From the NCBI RefSeq assembly GCF_963853765.1, contig NC_088860.1, forward strand, positions 34,348,001 to 34,412,000: a stretch of DNA of 64,000 nt, in the 5' to 3' direction. This DNA comes from Magallana gigas (lineage: Eukaryota). Below, piece after piece: positions 47,582-60,310 of the stretch (position 1 is the stretch's first letter; each line of letters starts with the position of its first letter). The notes under the pieces are model-generated. The model was not told the DNA's origin and ran no database searches. It saw only the letters and a list, made by a program, of their open reading frames with translations. The position numbers and the translations under genes are program-made.

Positions 47582-48591
47582 TTATATGCTTAAATTTTGT
47601 GTAACGTTTAATTGATTTCCAACAGTGTCTTTAACATAATTGTCCCTTGAAAAATCCGATTTCCATCGGCCATGTAGTTTTAATAAAGTATCATTTACCC
47701 CATTTGAAGCTGCAGATGTAGCACCGCCACTGCGCAAACTATGCAAACCAAAAAGCTTTGAATTTTAACCAATAGACGATAGAGCTTCAATCAGAATTTC
47801 TAGCGCCCTAGTTAAAGACAAATGTTTGTTAATGACACAAAGCTTATGACATTTTTACGATTTCAAATAACGTATGGAACGAAAAATGAAATTGTCTGGC
47901 TTATCCGATAATTCTGCAAGCTGCAAATAAAGCTTTGTCCAATAAACAGGACTAGTAGATTTACCTGTACTAGCAATAAGCACATCATTACTTCGTCTAT
48001 AAACATCAGTTTTGCTACTTTCAATATGTACAGACATATACATTTCATGAAATGATATATTTCTAACACGTAAATTTGCTAACTCATTGTATCTGAAAAA
48101 TCCTGCAAATCCAATCAAAAACATAGCGCACAATCTTACACATAATAAATCACGTTTACAGTGGTCATTTCAATACTTCGCTATGATCTGTTATAAAATT
48201 TCAGGGGTAATCGGTTCCTTCTTCTGGATCGACTTGCTAAGAATTCTCTTTCCTCCTTCCATAACCATATGTAAAAGCTTAGAATCACACGGATTATCAA
48301 CACATACATTTATAGATCATGATACCACTTAATACTGTAGAACTATGCCTATACATGTAACACTGATTCAGACACTGACTCATGTATTAGACTACTAAGA
48401 AAAACGGCTACTGTACTCGCTGTAGCTGGCAGATGAGAAACGCAATGCTTTAAACACCAGCTTTGAAACTTCTTGAAGTAAGAATCATAAATATTATTCG
48501 AGTTGTCGCTCTTTCCTCTTCTGATGATATAACGAATGTTCGAAGCTGCTGATGAAAATCTGCTGTCCTTTTCCAAATCCTGAATTTCCAT
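47582..48591 (-). pseudogene. DIRS tyrosine recombinase, fragmented
   Basis: FFRYNEL (R), SKTD (K), GLHSLRSGGAT (HxxR), HGRWKS and DNYVK (Y) read across frames. Stop at 47582-47584. Confidence 0.88.
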
Positions 48592-48748
48592 CCAAATATT
48601 GCGATCCTATATGTAAAATGTTTAAATCACTTTAAATTAAAAACCATTTAAAATGATCAACATTACTGTTTAATTTTTTTTCTTTTTGCACATGGTGCTT
48701 TATAAACAACACATGGAGTCATTATTGTGTAACTTTCGCACATGGTGC

Positions 48749-51303
48749 CTATATACACATAACAAAATGCACATGGTGCTTTTTTTCATTCAATTTCAAC
48801 ACCTCTAAAATCCACTTTCCAAACCAGCAATTACTATTAAATATTTCAATAAACTTTAACACGAAATTATAAAAGTTAATAGATATAGAGTTCCTTACCA
48901 TAGGCGAAAACAAAGACGATTTCCATTTTGGAATAACTAATGTACCAAACGCTTTGCAAATTTTCATATGCACAATTACTTGACAAATTACAACAGGAGG
49001 CGGAACCCAACAATTTTCATCCGCCCAATTTTGTGCAAAAGCGTCAACTCCCGATGTCTCAGGAGTCAAAAATCTAGAGTAAAATGTTTTGACTTTGGTA
49101 TTTTTGCTGTCTGCAAATAAATCACAGGTATATTCACCCCACATCTTATTCAAGCATTCAAAAAATTTATCTGAAACTCCCCAGTCGTCATAGTCATACA
49201 TCTTCCTTAGCTCATCTGTAACTGTATTCATATTTCTAGGTATCTATTATATTTCCAATTTTATCGAATGTGCCACACACAATCCAAACATATCTAATGC
49301 AAGCTGATGCAGCTCTTTGTTCATACTACCTTTACATGCAACTAATTCATAATTCTGATTATCTGTGTACACCTTTACAAGTCTGCCCGACAGATCATCA
49401 CATAAACTTTCAATGATAACACATATAGCTTTCAACTCTAACCACGTATAACTTTTTTGATTTTTCCTAGTCATTCCACATATGATGTACAATCTTTGTA
49501 TCCTGTTCAATAGAATAGCCTGCGCTTGCAAACCCACTTGCATCAGAAAACAAAATTGTTGATGGTGTTTTATTAAACCATGTGATTTTGGAACTTGGCA
49601 AATTACCCAAATTTTTTTTCCAGAAAAACAGTTCTGTAACACAATCACGTGACAAATTCAATACACTATCCCAACCAGTTCTTTTACACAAAGCCATGCT
49701 CAAGCACCGTGTCATCAGCTGACACATACTACATAACGCAGGTTTCAATAAAATAACTTTGCCAACAAAAGAAGCGACATCTCGCACACTCACTCGTTCG
49801 ATATCAGCCACTACCAATTCTACATTCTTTCTAATCTTTTCAATTTTTTCATTAGGTACTTCTAATATACCATATCTAAAATTCCACAAAAAACCTAACC
49901 AAATAATCTTATCCACCGGTACGGATTGCGACTTTTCTATATTTACTTGAAAACATGAACATTCTAAAGTTTTCCGCAAAAAGTAGCTGTCTCTTTTCAG
50001 GAATTATAGTCAGAACAAATCAAACCATCGTCTAGATATACGACAACCGGAATACAATGAGATCTCCAATACTTCACCAATGCTCTGACAATTTTTGTAA
50101 AAATGTAACCAGCTGAAGAAAGCCCGAAAGGCAAAACAGAGAATTCAAAATATCTAGTTTTACCTTCAATTTCCCAACTAAAACCTAAATATTTCTGAAA
50201 TTTAGGATGTATATCTACATGGTGATAACCAGATTTTAAATCAAACTTGATCATAAACTTTCCCTTTCTTGTGTAATACAAAGCCCATTTAATACCTTCA
50301 AATTTAACTTTTTGTTTTTTAATGAACTGATTTACATGTCGAAGATCTAACACCAAACGTTTTTTACCTAAGGTATTGACCGAAACTGTCAATGGATTAA
50401 CTACAAAAGATGGCTTATTAACCTCCTTTATACACCCATTATCAAGAAGTTCTGAAACAGCGCCATTAACAAAATCTGCATTATTCAATGATGACTTGTT
50501 TTTTTTTTTAAAGATGATACTCGTTGGAAATTCTTTAAAAGGAATTGCATACCCACATTTTATAACATTCAAAATGAAACTATTAGCATTAAGTTCAGTA
50601 TTCCAAAAACCCACGTTTTTCTTGAGCTTTGATTTAACGCTAATAACTTTAACATTTTGTTTATATTCATATTTCTCATGCAAATCAAACATATACTCAA
50701 CTTCACTATGTTCACTGTTCTGGGGCTCCGCTAGTATTTGGTGCTGACAGGGTTGGGATTGTTGTCCTTTGAGATAGGGGCATTCCCTGACCATGTGACT
50801 GACTTGCCGACAGTAGAAACACCCAGCACGCTCTCTTGGGAATTGAGATCCTGTGGGTCCGACTTTTGAGGTTGCATTGCTTAATTTGTCGGTGGAGCTA
50901 TACGACTGGCTAAAGCCACGAAAAAAGTCACTGGGCGCAAAACCGCCCCTGCGTCTGTCGTACGGTCTACTTCTCTAGGCACGTTTCCTTGCAGCACGAC
51001 CCATAGCGTAACGAAGCTTAGCAGCATCTTCAGTGCCGTCTGCCAGCGAGTCGTCCAGATATTCGTGTACTGTGTCCCAGCCATGACGGTCAGCAATTTT
51101 AAGGATTTTTTTTTTTGTAGAGCGGCTTTCTCTTTGTTAATAACGAGCGCGGCCTTCGCTAAATTTACCTCCTGAACCAGTCCTTCAATTTCAGCCAACT
51201 TTTGGGACCTCCCCTGGTTGAAAGTGAATTGGATTTTGTGCCCCTCGTGCTTAAATTCAAAAGCTGGTTCGGTCTCTACCACGTGGTCAGCACTGCTCAC
51301 CAT
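48749..51303 (-). pseudogene. DIRS gag / RT / RNase H / DNA N6-adenine methyltransferase-like, fragmented
   Basis: CFYCRQVSHMVREC at about 50783-50821. RLVLDLRHVN, FDLKSGYHH, LPFGLSSA, YLDD. FSDAS, ELKA, YTDNQN. DLFAD...DAFAQNW...VPPP. Multiple frameshifts and stops. Confidence 0.88.
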
Positions 51304-51699
51304 ATTGTTTTTTTGAAAGTTGCTCAGTGAGCCCTGTTATGGTATTCACAATTAAACTACTCTGTTTTTCTAGCGCTTTGTTTCATGAGGAACTAAATAA
51401 CAAAACTCCCTCTTCGTTTGAAAGTCCGAAATCAACACTTTCCATAACATCTGCAGCCATTTTAACTTAAATCGCTACTAGCAAGCGAGCTTAGAGTGCC
51501 ACGCCACCGCCTGGTCCTACTATTTATATTACCTGACCACGTGACCCGAAGCCCATTCGAGTACGTATGAAAACCTATCACGCACATAATTTTAATTACT
51601 CACCGCGGTGCTACATCAGCATAAGTGTATACCTACACGCGAGATTTGCAATAAACAAACTAGCTTTCAATGACATGCGTAATCAAGGTAACAATTAAT

Positions 51700-52996
51700 T
51701 ATAATGCCAGGTTAATCAAAAGTAGAAACTAATGACATGTGAAACTAAAGACGCTATCCATGACATGAAAAACAAAGGAAGCAATCAATGTCATATATAA
51801 TGAAGGTAGCAAACGATGGCATATTTAACGATAATGGCAACAAATTACAAAAAGGTAGCAATTAACGACATGTAATTGAAGGTAGCAATCAATAACATAT
51901 GACAAGAAGGTTGCAATCCATGGCATGTAACAAGACGGTAGCAATCAACGACATGATATTTGAAGGTAGCAATAAATGACATGAAGATGAAAGTGGAATC
52001 AAAGACATGTAAATGAAGGTAGCAATTAATGACAGGTTATTTGAAACTAGAAATCAATGACATGTAAAATAAAAGTTGAAATGAAGGACTCAATGAGTGT
52101 TTAATGAAGGCGGGAATGAATGACATGTAAAGTGAAAATAGCAATGAATGACGTGTAAGACTAAACTAGCAATCAATTGCACGTAAAATGAAGACAGCAA
52201 TCAATGAAATGATGTAGATTGAAAGTAGCAATGAATGACATGTAAAAGTAATAGTGCCATCAATGACACGTCAAATAAAGGTAGGAATCAATGACATGTT
52301 AATAAAGAAAGCACTTAATGATACATTAAATGAAGGTAGCAATCAATCAAATCAATGACCACATGTTGACCTAACAATCAATGACATGTAAAATAAAGAT
52401 ACCAATCAATGACATGCTAACAAAGGTAGCAATAAATGGCATGTAAGACTAAAGTAGCAATCCATGGCATGTTAAAATGAAGGTAGAAATCAATGACATG
52501 ATGTAGAATGAAGGAAACAATCAATGACATGGTGTAGAACGAAGGTAGCAATTAATGTAATGATGAAGAACGAAGGTAGCAATCAATGATATGTACAATA
52601 AAAATACCAACGGAAGACATGAAATCAAGGTAGCAATCAATGGCATAATGCAGAAAGAAGGTAGCAATCAATGTAATGAATTGGAAAGAAGGTAGCTATC
52701 AACATGTACAATAAAAGTAGCAACCAATGACATGTTCAAAATAAAGGTACAGGTAACAATGATATCACGTAAAACGAAAAAAGGTAACAATCAACAACAA
52801 ATAATGATAGCAATAAATGACATGTAAAACAAATATAGCAATTAATGACATGTAAAACAAATAATGATAGCAATAAATGCCATGTAAAACAAAGGTAGCA
52901 ATAAATGATATATAAAATAAAGGTAGCAATAAATGACGTGAAATAAAGGTAACAGTATATGACATGTAAAACAAAGGTAGCAATCAATGACATGCA
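51700..52996 (+). repeat. Degenerate about 28-30 bp minisatellite (consensus near AAAATAAAGGTAGCAATCAATGACATGT)
   Basis: Dozens of GGTAGCAAT(C/A)AATGACATG units. A short remnant of the same array lies at about 45525-45620. Confidence 0.9.
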
Positions 52997-53249
52997 GAAT
53001 GTTATGTGGCTTTAATAGTGGCATTTAGACAGGTAAGGTCTCCACTGATAAAGGCCAAGGACAATGTAATGAATATTGAAAACAACTATGGCATATTATG
53101 TTACAAGCGCTTGTTACAAAAGTATCACTATAAAGGGAATTTTGTCCATAACTCCTTTTTAACTCCTCACAATGAAAAACATGTATGCCTCTTAACGAAA
53201 GTTCACTTAAAAAAACAAGAAAACGAGCGACTTTTGCTGCTAAAGATAC

Positions 53250-53357
53250 TTGCAATGGGATTTCCCCTTGCAAGCACAGTTGTCGTTAAAGCGGTATAAG
53301 CACCGATAACCACGCGGTGCAACAGTACCATTTACACAGCAAGCATAGTTTATGGGG
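53250..53357 (-). CDS. ADAM17-like exon (disintegrin domain)
   Basis: Phase-2 junction compatible with the previous exon. Cys-rich SPINYACCVNGTVAPRGYRC...CKGKSHC. Confidence 0.75.
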
Positions 53358-53493
53358 CTGAAAAGTCAGTAGAACATCTCGGTTAGTATAAACATGCTAT
53401 AACTCAACATTCGACAAAGATACTTGCAAAGTAAAGTAAAATCCATTAACTGAATGGTTTTTACCCATCAGAGTGAAGTAAAATGAATCTTAC

Positions 53494-53644
53494 CTGCTTT
53501 GAATTTTATCTCGAACTTTGACCCTGAAGTCGCACTTTTCATTACAGCATTTGTCGCCTATGTAGCCAGCACCACATTCTTCATTCTTGTCCAGACGGCC
53601 ATTAGCACATAAACCATGTCCTGGATCCAATGCCTCTTTATTTA
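53494..53644 (-). CDS. ADAM17-like exon (start of disintegrin domain)
   Basis: TTTTCTTAACAG|...|GTAAGA splice sites. CANGRLDKNEEC..G...DKCCNEKC parallels CGNSRVDEGEECD...DTCCNSDC. Confidence 0.8.
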
Positions 53645-55038
53645 CTGTTAAGAAAAATTAATGAAAAGCAAAAAGACCTTGAACTCTCAGTGGGATGTAG
53701 ATATCTAGTTTGCTCATTAAAACAAATATTGAGTACTTATTTGATTTGCTATTAGAATCTCGCCAATATTCATTGACTGTCTAAATTTTGAATTTTTTTT
53801 AGAAGTCTGCTCTATTTGAAATTGACAGTGTTTAAACAGAAATATACAGTCCTGAACACAGTCGGACATATGTTGCTGCATTGAATGAATACATGTCAGG
53901 TTCCTGCTCAAACCTCAGACTATGAGCAACTTTTCAATGACAAACTAGTTTGAGTAGTATGAGTAGTTTTAATGTTCTCCTTTTTAATCCACCCCCAAAA
54001 CTACTATAGGTCATTTATTCAATTGTAATGACCTATCAAACAAATAATGGCAGATAAGATGATAAGTGAAAACCAATATGCCACGCCTTTTTGTTCAAAC
54101 AATGTAAGTTAACATAAAAATGCTGCAAAGTATAAAACACATACATTTAACACAGTGTACCTTTAAAACAGTCTTATCCTTTCATCATCACAACTTGGTA
54201 AATGTACTGTCTACTACACGCCGAAAAGAGCTAAAAAAAATTGTACAATGTCATACATTTTGCAAACAAAACATGGTCTTTCATTACTTCAGTTGGAGTA
54301 AATAAATCAAAAGAATTGACATGGGAAAAACATGACAGAGGAAATGTGGATGCATTAGAGAGATGGAGTGTAGAAGTGTGCAATGTTCAACAAGTCTGGT
54401 CTACCTGATTATTTTTTCATATCCATAGACGGCGGAGCGATACATGATAAAGCGGCCCCCCTCTGAAGTGGAGGGGGCGCTGTTAGTATCGGGGTAATGT
54501 TTCTTCCCCCAGTTATAACCAACAATTTTACAAGTAATAAACCTGTGTATTAGGATTTAATCAAGTCATTGTAATAGAAGGATACTCTAAAGGTATTACA
54601 TGTGGCTGTGGATTCTATTTAGTTTTAGATGTAAAAAGAATTAACAGTTATACTCACCAAAGTCTACAAATATAAAACAAAGAAACATTATTTTGATACA
54701 AACAGTTTGATTGATAATTGACAAAGTACCTATTTATGTACATGAATAAAATTTACTGAAAACAGCTTTATCAAATTTATTTATTTATTCAAATTCATTT
54801 AAGCGTAAATTGCAGAACGCTTTAAAATTCAGAGTTAAACCATTTACTTAAAAATAAATAGTTAAGCACGTCTTATAGGACAGAAACCCCATTGAAATTA
54901 ATAAAATTAATAAAGAAAGATATACGTAATTAATTTCAATGTCAAGTTATATTTCTTATGAGAAATTGCTATTGAAAATGATATCAAAGATAATGCATTT
55001 CTAATGCTTTCATGGATTTAAACGAACGCTTGACAGAC

Positions 55039-55139
55039 CGTGGGCTGTAGTGATGGTGGCTTGGTGGATGAGAGCTTGGCTTTCATCAGAATTACGGTAG
55101 GTACTAAGTCCAGTGTTTGCTGCCATTTTATTACCATTT
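55039..55139 (-). CDS. ADAM17-like exon (metalloprotease domain, ends at the H-E of HEXXH)
   Basis: AG|a aat ggt aat...gcc cac g|GT. Translation NGNKMAANTGLSTYRNSDESQALIHQATITTAH parallels ADAM17 NSGLTSTKNY...LVTTHE. Confidence 0.75.
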
Positions 55140-56679
55140 CTATAAGCTACTGCAAAACATCAGTATGACTATCTATGATATGCAAATGGATAAACTCAAA
55201 CAATAAGACACTTTTAACCCTTTGTAATGCTGTAAATAAAATTCATGCATTATTTACACAGCTGAATACACACAGAGAAGTCACCTTAGAGTAATTTTTC
55301 ATGAAAAAATGAAAGGTAAAAATTGAAAAATAAATTCATAGAAAGGACTGTGAGCTTTACATAACAAAACACAAAAAAATACATGACCAGTAAGAATCAA
55401 TTTAGGTGGATAGTTGATCATCAGTTTAGATCAAAATAGAAAAAAAATCAATAAATGTTTTAAAAGTTTAAAAAAATAATATTCCTTAACCTTTCATCTC
55501 TCAATTCAAAGTGTGTGCAGAATCATCATAAAATAACTAAGAGATTTGTTCACAAAAAAAACCTGAAGTGCCTTCAAGAAAGTCAACTCCAATTAGCAAA
55601 CGTATATACATGTATTTACCAATAAAGGTACTGAAGATTCTGATGTCAAACTGCTCAAAGAGTTGATTCATTGCACTTTCAATACTTTGATGCACCATTT
55701 AACTGGTCTAGGACAATGTCAGAAGATCATACCAAGATTGACAAGTAAACAATTCCAATGCTCAATGTGCAATACTTTCATGCATGGTTCTTGTTGTAGT
55801 AGAGTTAAAATAATTAACATAAAATACACGGTTCTTGTTGTAGTAGAGTTAAAATAATCAACATAAAATACACGAAAAACTAAAATTTCTGAGACATTTT
55901 TCCATGCAAAGTTACAAAACTACTGTGAAGTAAAGAAGCACACTCCCGTAATATATATAGTGAGACTGTTATTTTAACTTCCTTGGAAAGTAAAAGGATT
56001 TTTCTTTTTCATTACACGGGTCATTAAAGCCATACATAGACAGTGGTAACAGTCAACTTTTGGAAATCTTACCTTACTCTATTTATATACTGTAATATAT
56101 ACATCAACATGGAAGTTTTTTAACCACATATGATAATAACACCATGTTTTTACTGTTTTAGTGATTGACCAATCGTAGAGAACCACATAGATTCCAACCC
56201 CAAAGGGTAGTCGCTTTCGAATTTCCAAGTACTGTGTTTTATTTACGCTATATCATACACAATTACAGTAAGACCCATATAGCTGTATTTCACCAATACA
56301 TTTCCTATGAGCGATTTTTTGACATTAAACATCAAAGCTCAGTATAATACAAGTAACCATAAATAAAACAAACAGAAAATATTCAAACCCTGCATTGACT
56401 TGCAACACTACTCTCTCTTCAATTATGAATTCTGATGTGTATCTAGATAATGATTTTTTTCTCTTAAATGAAGTGATATCCATTTGTTAATTAGCTTTAT
56501 TTATTGTACCCCTGTGGATATTTTCTGTGCAAATTACAACAAATAAACATGTTACTCTATCTTACAATGAAATTGTTTCCGTTGTAACCCTTGTCTTTAC
56601 ATTAAACTCAGTCCGATTACTCTTATTTGTTTACCATCGAGAAAATCTGCATTGCCGACAAATGAAGTGTTTTTCGGTA

Positions 56680-56825
56680 TAGTAAAATATATATTTACTG
56701 ACTATTGGTCGATAGTAAGTTTGTCATCTTCGACGGTACTTATTTCCCTCGGCTTCGCCCCGTTAAATTGCTGTTTCGGGGGACAATAAACTTGCTATCG
56801 TCCTCATAGCCAGTTAATAAGTTTA
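56680..56825. mobile_element. Probable non-autonomous DNA element fragment (Crypton-like motif)
   Basis: CCCTCGGCTTCGCCCCG motif with flanking ACTGACTAT / ATAGCCAGT inverted segments. Family assignment is from recollection only. Confidence 0.3.
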
Positions 56826-57159
56826 TGGTTTACATTTCTTACAAGAAATCAAGAGACTTAGCCTACAATAATTCAAACCGGACAAAGAACATATTTTTAC
56901 CATGACCAATAGTGGAAAATAATTGAAAGAGAAAAAGGAAACGAGTGTCTGAAGTACTTTTTCCGTTCTAATTTCGTCTAAAACACGAAGTCCTGTACTG
57001 TGTGCAAGTGAAATCGGAATAAGGAAATTCAACACTTTGATAAAACGAGACAACTATTGTGCGTATATATCTACGAAGTTTTTTTTTTTTTTACAAAATT
57101 ATGTGCATTGTAAACTTTAGTAAAAGAAGCGTCTCAACAGTAACATCAACACTAAAGAG

Positions 57160-60100
57160 CTTTATTAAGAGTGTGTGCATTCAAAATACCAGAGTCATTA
57201 AGTATTTTGGGATGATTGGATAATCTATTTGCCGAAATGAAGGTTTCACCTACAATCGGAAAAACATACTCTACCCATATTTTCAATATGTGAAAAAATT
57301 AGTACCATTGCAAGTTTTTCTATCTTTTATCATGTTTTTAATTGATATTTGTGAACATTGTACCTTTTCTTCACATAATGTTTTGAAGCTGTGGAATCAT
57401 TAGTCTTATAAGTACAAAGGTCCATATCACTTCCGCAGTAGCCTTTGACATAAAGGAGTTGATTCAATGCATTCCTTGTTAGGTAGATTATATATTTGCG
57501 CATTAGGCTAAGATCTAGGTATAGATATTCATTTTTTTACAGTGTAAATATAACCGCACATCAAGACACCAACTTACACAGTCAAATAAAACGCTTTTTG
57601 ACAGAATGGTAACTAAGCGTGGATTTTTGGGACTCTAAAAAATCACGGATCCTATACTTTAAACGTGTCTGCCTTTAAAATACCAGAACTAATCAGATTG
57701 TTGTATATAATAAATAATATAATATCATTATAATAATAATCCGCATAAATGAAAGTCGTGCCAATGATCGGATTAGCATACACTACCCATATTTAATATC
57801 ATAAAAAAATGACGAGTTCTTACACAAATTATTATATCTCTATTAAATGGGCATGGTTACGATTCTGGTAAAAAATCATTTGTTCGATATAAATGTCTAC
57901 AATGCCTAAATAATGTATTTTTAATATGCAACCAAAATTTGAGTGCCATTCATTAACATTATGAGTGTGATTCATTTATGTATACTAAAATACTCATAGA
58001 AAGTGCACATATCTAAATATGTTACCTTGATTTTTACAGAAACTGAAATGATATTTTACATGAGTACGTCACAAAAAAGGTCGCATAAACACTATGAAAT
58101 GATTGCAATTACATTGTTAGGAATCTACTTTACAATTTATATATTCTCTCTTTGACTTCAAAACAATTAACATTATATTTACATAAACAATGGTTATTGG
58201 TTTATGAATGAAATCAAGGAATGCTTGTTTTTGACCTACTGATGCTGACTTTTGTAAAACAAAAATTAACTCAGATTGCTATTATTCACCATATATTAGT
58301 AAACATTTGTTCGTGGTGTCATGTTGTTTTAATATAATGACATAATGCAAAGCAAAATCAAAGGATTTTAACTTGAATCTTAATTTTTTTTTTTAGATTT
58401 TCTATTCAGAAATATAGTGAACAGATGAAGCAGTATTTTAAAGTTTTATCGGTGGAATGAAGGCCATAAACTCGGTTTTCCCGGCATGAAGTGAACACGT
58501 GATTATTGTGTTGATACAGAGTGACTGTAGCTCCTCGTAACATTTAAATCACAAAATGGCTACGTAAGGGGAGCTTGGTTCTTTCCGTGAAGAAAAAAGT
58601 TACATCAAAACCTAATGTAAGTATCTGAAATTAAAAAATATATAATAGTGTAATTAACGGTTGAAATTAATGAAGACTATCATTATCCAATTTAAAAAAA
58701 AAAACACCAACAAATCAAACTTTTGCAATGACTTACCGGTATTAGTATACACTGTATGAAGAGTATTCATCACTGTTTATCAGATCAACAAATGAATATT
58801 GATTGATATGAAGAAAAATAAAAGTATGTATAACGTTTATATATGTAATGACAAAGGATGGCACTTTCGGGTAGAACGATTGTGGCTGGTTAAAAAAATC
58901 AGTATATATTACATATACTGTATATTTTAACAAATTTCATTACAAATTAAATTTGCGAGACATTAAAATCGGAACAATTTAATTTACATCACTTGAGTTC
59001 ATCCATCATTGAACACCAGTTTTTGTGGATTTCATTGTTCATATAATCCACAATATTAAATGTTGATTGAAGTGTGCTTTCTATTAACATTTTGTATTGA
59101 TAAGGTCATTGGCCAAGAATTTACATATCCTTGAAACTGTGATTTTCACTTGATCCACAAAAATTGATACCCATGAATATCAATGAAACCACCAGTAATT
59201 GCCCTGTCTGATAAGTTTTTGAAATGTGGTTTTTTGATGATCACTGACCACAAGGTTCCACTACACGAGGTGGTGACTTGACCTATATTTTAAAAGGTGT
59301 CTGCATTGAAAATGCCAGAGCCATTCAGATTATTTAATATTCAATCCGCAGAAATGAAAGTATCGCCTATAATCGAAATAACATACACCACCCATATTCA
59401 ATATTAGGGGAAAACTGAGTCCATATGAAGTTTTTCTATCTCTATTAAAACCAGATGACATTGTTTTGTTCTTTAAGTAAATTATTTAAGCTCTGGAGTC
59501 ATTGATCTAATGGGTACACAGGTCCACGTCATTTCTGCAGCAGCGAATTGCATAGAAAAGTTGATCAAATGCATTTCCTTGTTCGCCTATGCATCTAGTT
59601 TGGACCTTAAACAACTATATTAATTATTTTAACATTGTTAATCAGTACTATATTTTAGGGCATCCCCTTACATATTTATAGAACGTGAACATATCGAAAC
59701 AAGTTCCATTTATTTTTACAGAAACGGCAAAAAAGCAAAACAAGAGTGCACCACAAATGGTTGCATAAGCACTCTTTTATGATTGCACGCTGCATTGGGG
59801 TGAATATATTTTTTTCTCTGACTTCAAAATAGTGAATCAACATTGTATTTACTGAAACAATGGTTATTGGTTTATGAAAGAAAGCAGGGAATTTTTTTCC
59901 CACTAATGCCTCCTTGTGTAAATGAATATGGAAACATTGTGACTCAGACTGCTATTTTTCCCCATATATTACTAACTACTTGTTTGTGGTATCATTTTTT
60001 AATATGATAACATATAGAGACTTTATTGTTATGTTTGCGAATTGAGTGGCCTCTTGATTTTTGCTAAATTTCCTGTTCAGCGATATAGTGAACAGATGAA

Positions 60101-60310
60101 CCAGGGGTTTTTTTTTTAGTTTTTCATAAAGGAAGGAAAGACTCTAAACTCGGTCTCCCCGGCATGAAGTGATCACGTGATTGTTTTGTTAATATAGAAT
60201 GATTGTAATTCTTTGTAACATTTAATTCATAAGATGGCTACGTAAGGAGAACATTTTTGCTTTTAAAAAAAGTAACATAATAACTTAATGTAAGTAATGT
60301 AAATACAACC
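57160..60310 (+). repeat. Diverged local segmental duplication (three partial copies)
   Basis: Shared anchors: TGC(A/C)TT(C/T/G)AAAAT(A/G)CCAGA at about 57172, 57668 and 59300; CATAC..ACCCATATT at about 57268, 57778 and 59381; ACAATGGTTATTGGTTTATGAA at about 58188 and 59858; CCCGGCATGAAGTGA.CACGTGATT at about 58480 and 60157. Confidence 0.75.

Larger units (their letters stand above)
47066..51598 (-). mobile_element. Tyrosine-recombinase (DIRS-order) retrotransposon with split direct repeats, PAT/Ngaro-like; decayed
   Basis: A1 51429-51598 matches A2 47211-47380 (170 bp). B1 47381-47473 matches B2 47066-47158 (93 bp). Order on the minus strand is A1-ORFs-B1-A2-B2. Gag-like, CCHC, RT, RNase H, methyltransferase-like and YR fragments present. 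Confidence 0.9.
43217..55139 (-). pseudogene. ADAM17-like metalloprotease-disintegrin, decayed multi-exon gene (partial)
   Basis: GT-AG exons in correct domain order: 55039-55139 (NTGLSTYRN...ITTAH-E, the pre-HEXXH segment), 53494-53644 (LCANGRLDKNEECGAGYIGDKCCNEKC), 53250-53357 (SPINYACCVN...CKGKSHC), about 45264-45390 (GSHCRYGKCKNGQC...PCLCS), 43217-43344 (AC*TCC...LEDGRPCYNGFC). In-frame stops at 43313-43315 and 45355-45357, and several expected cysteines are lost. Confidence 0.8.
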
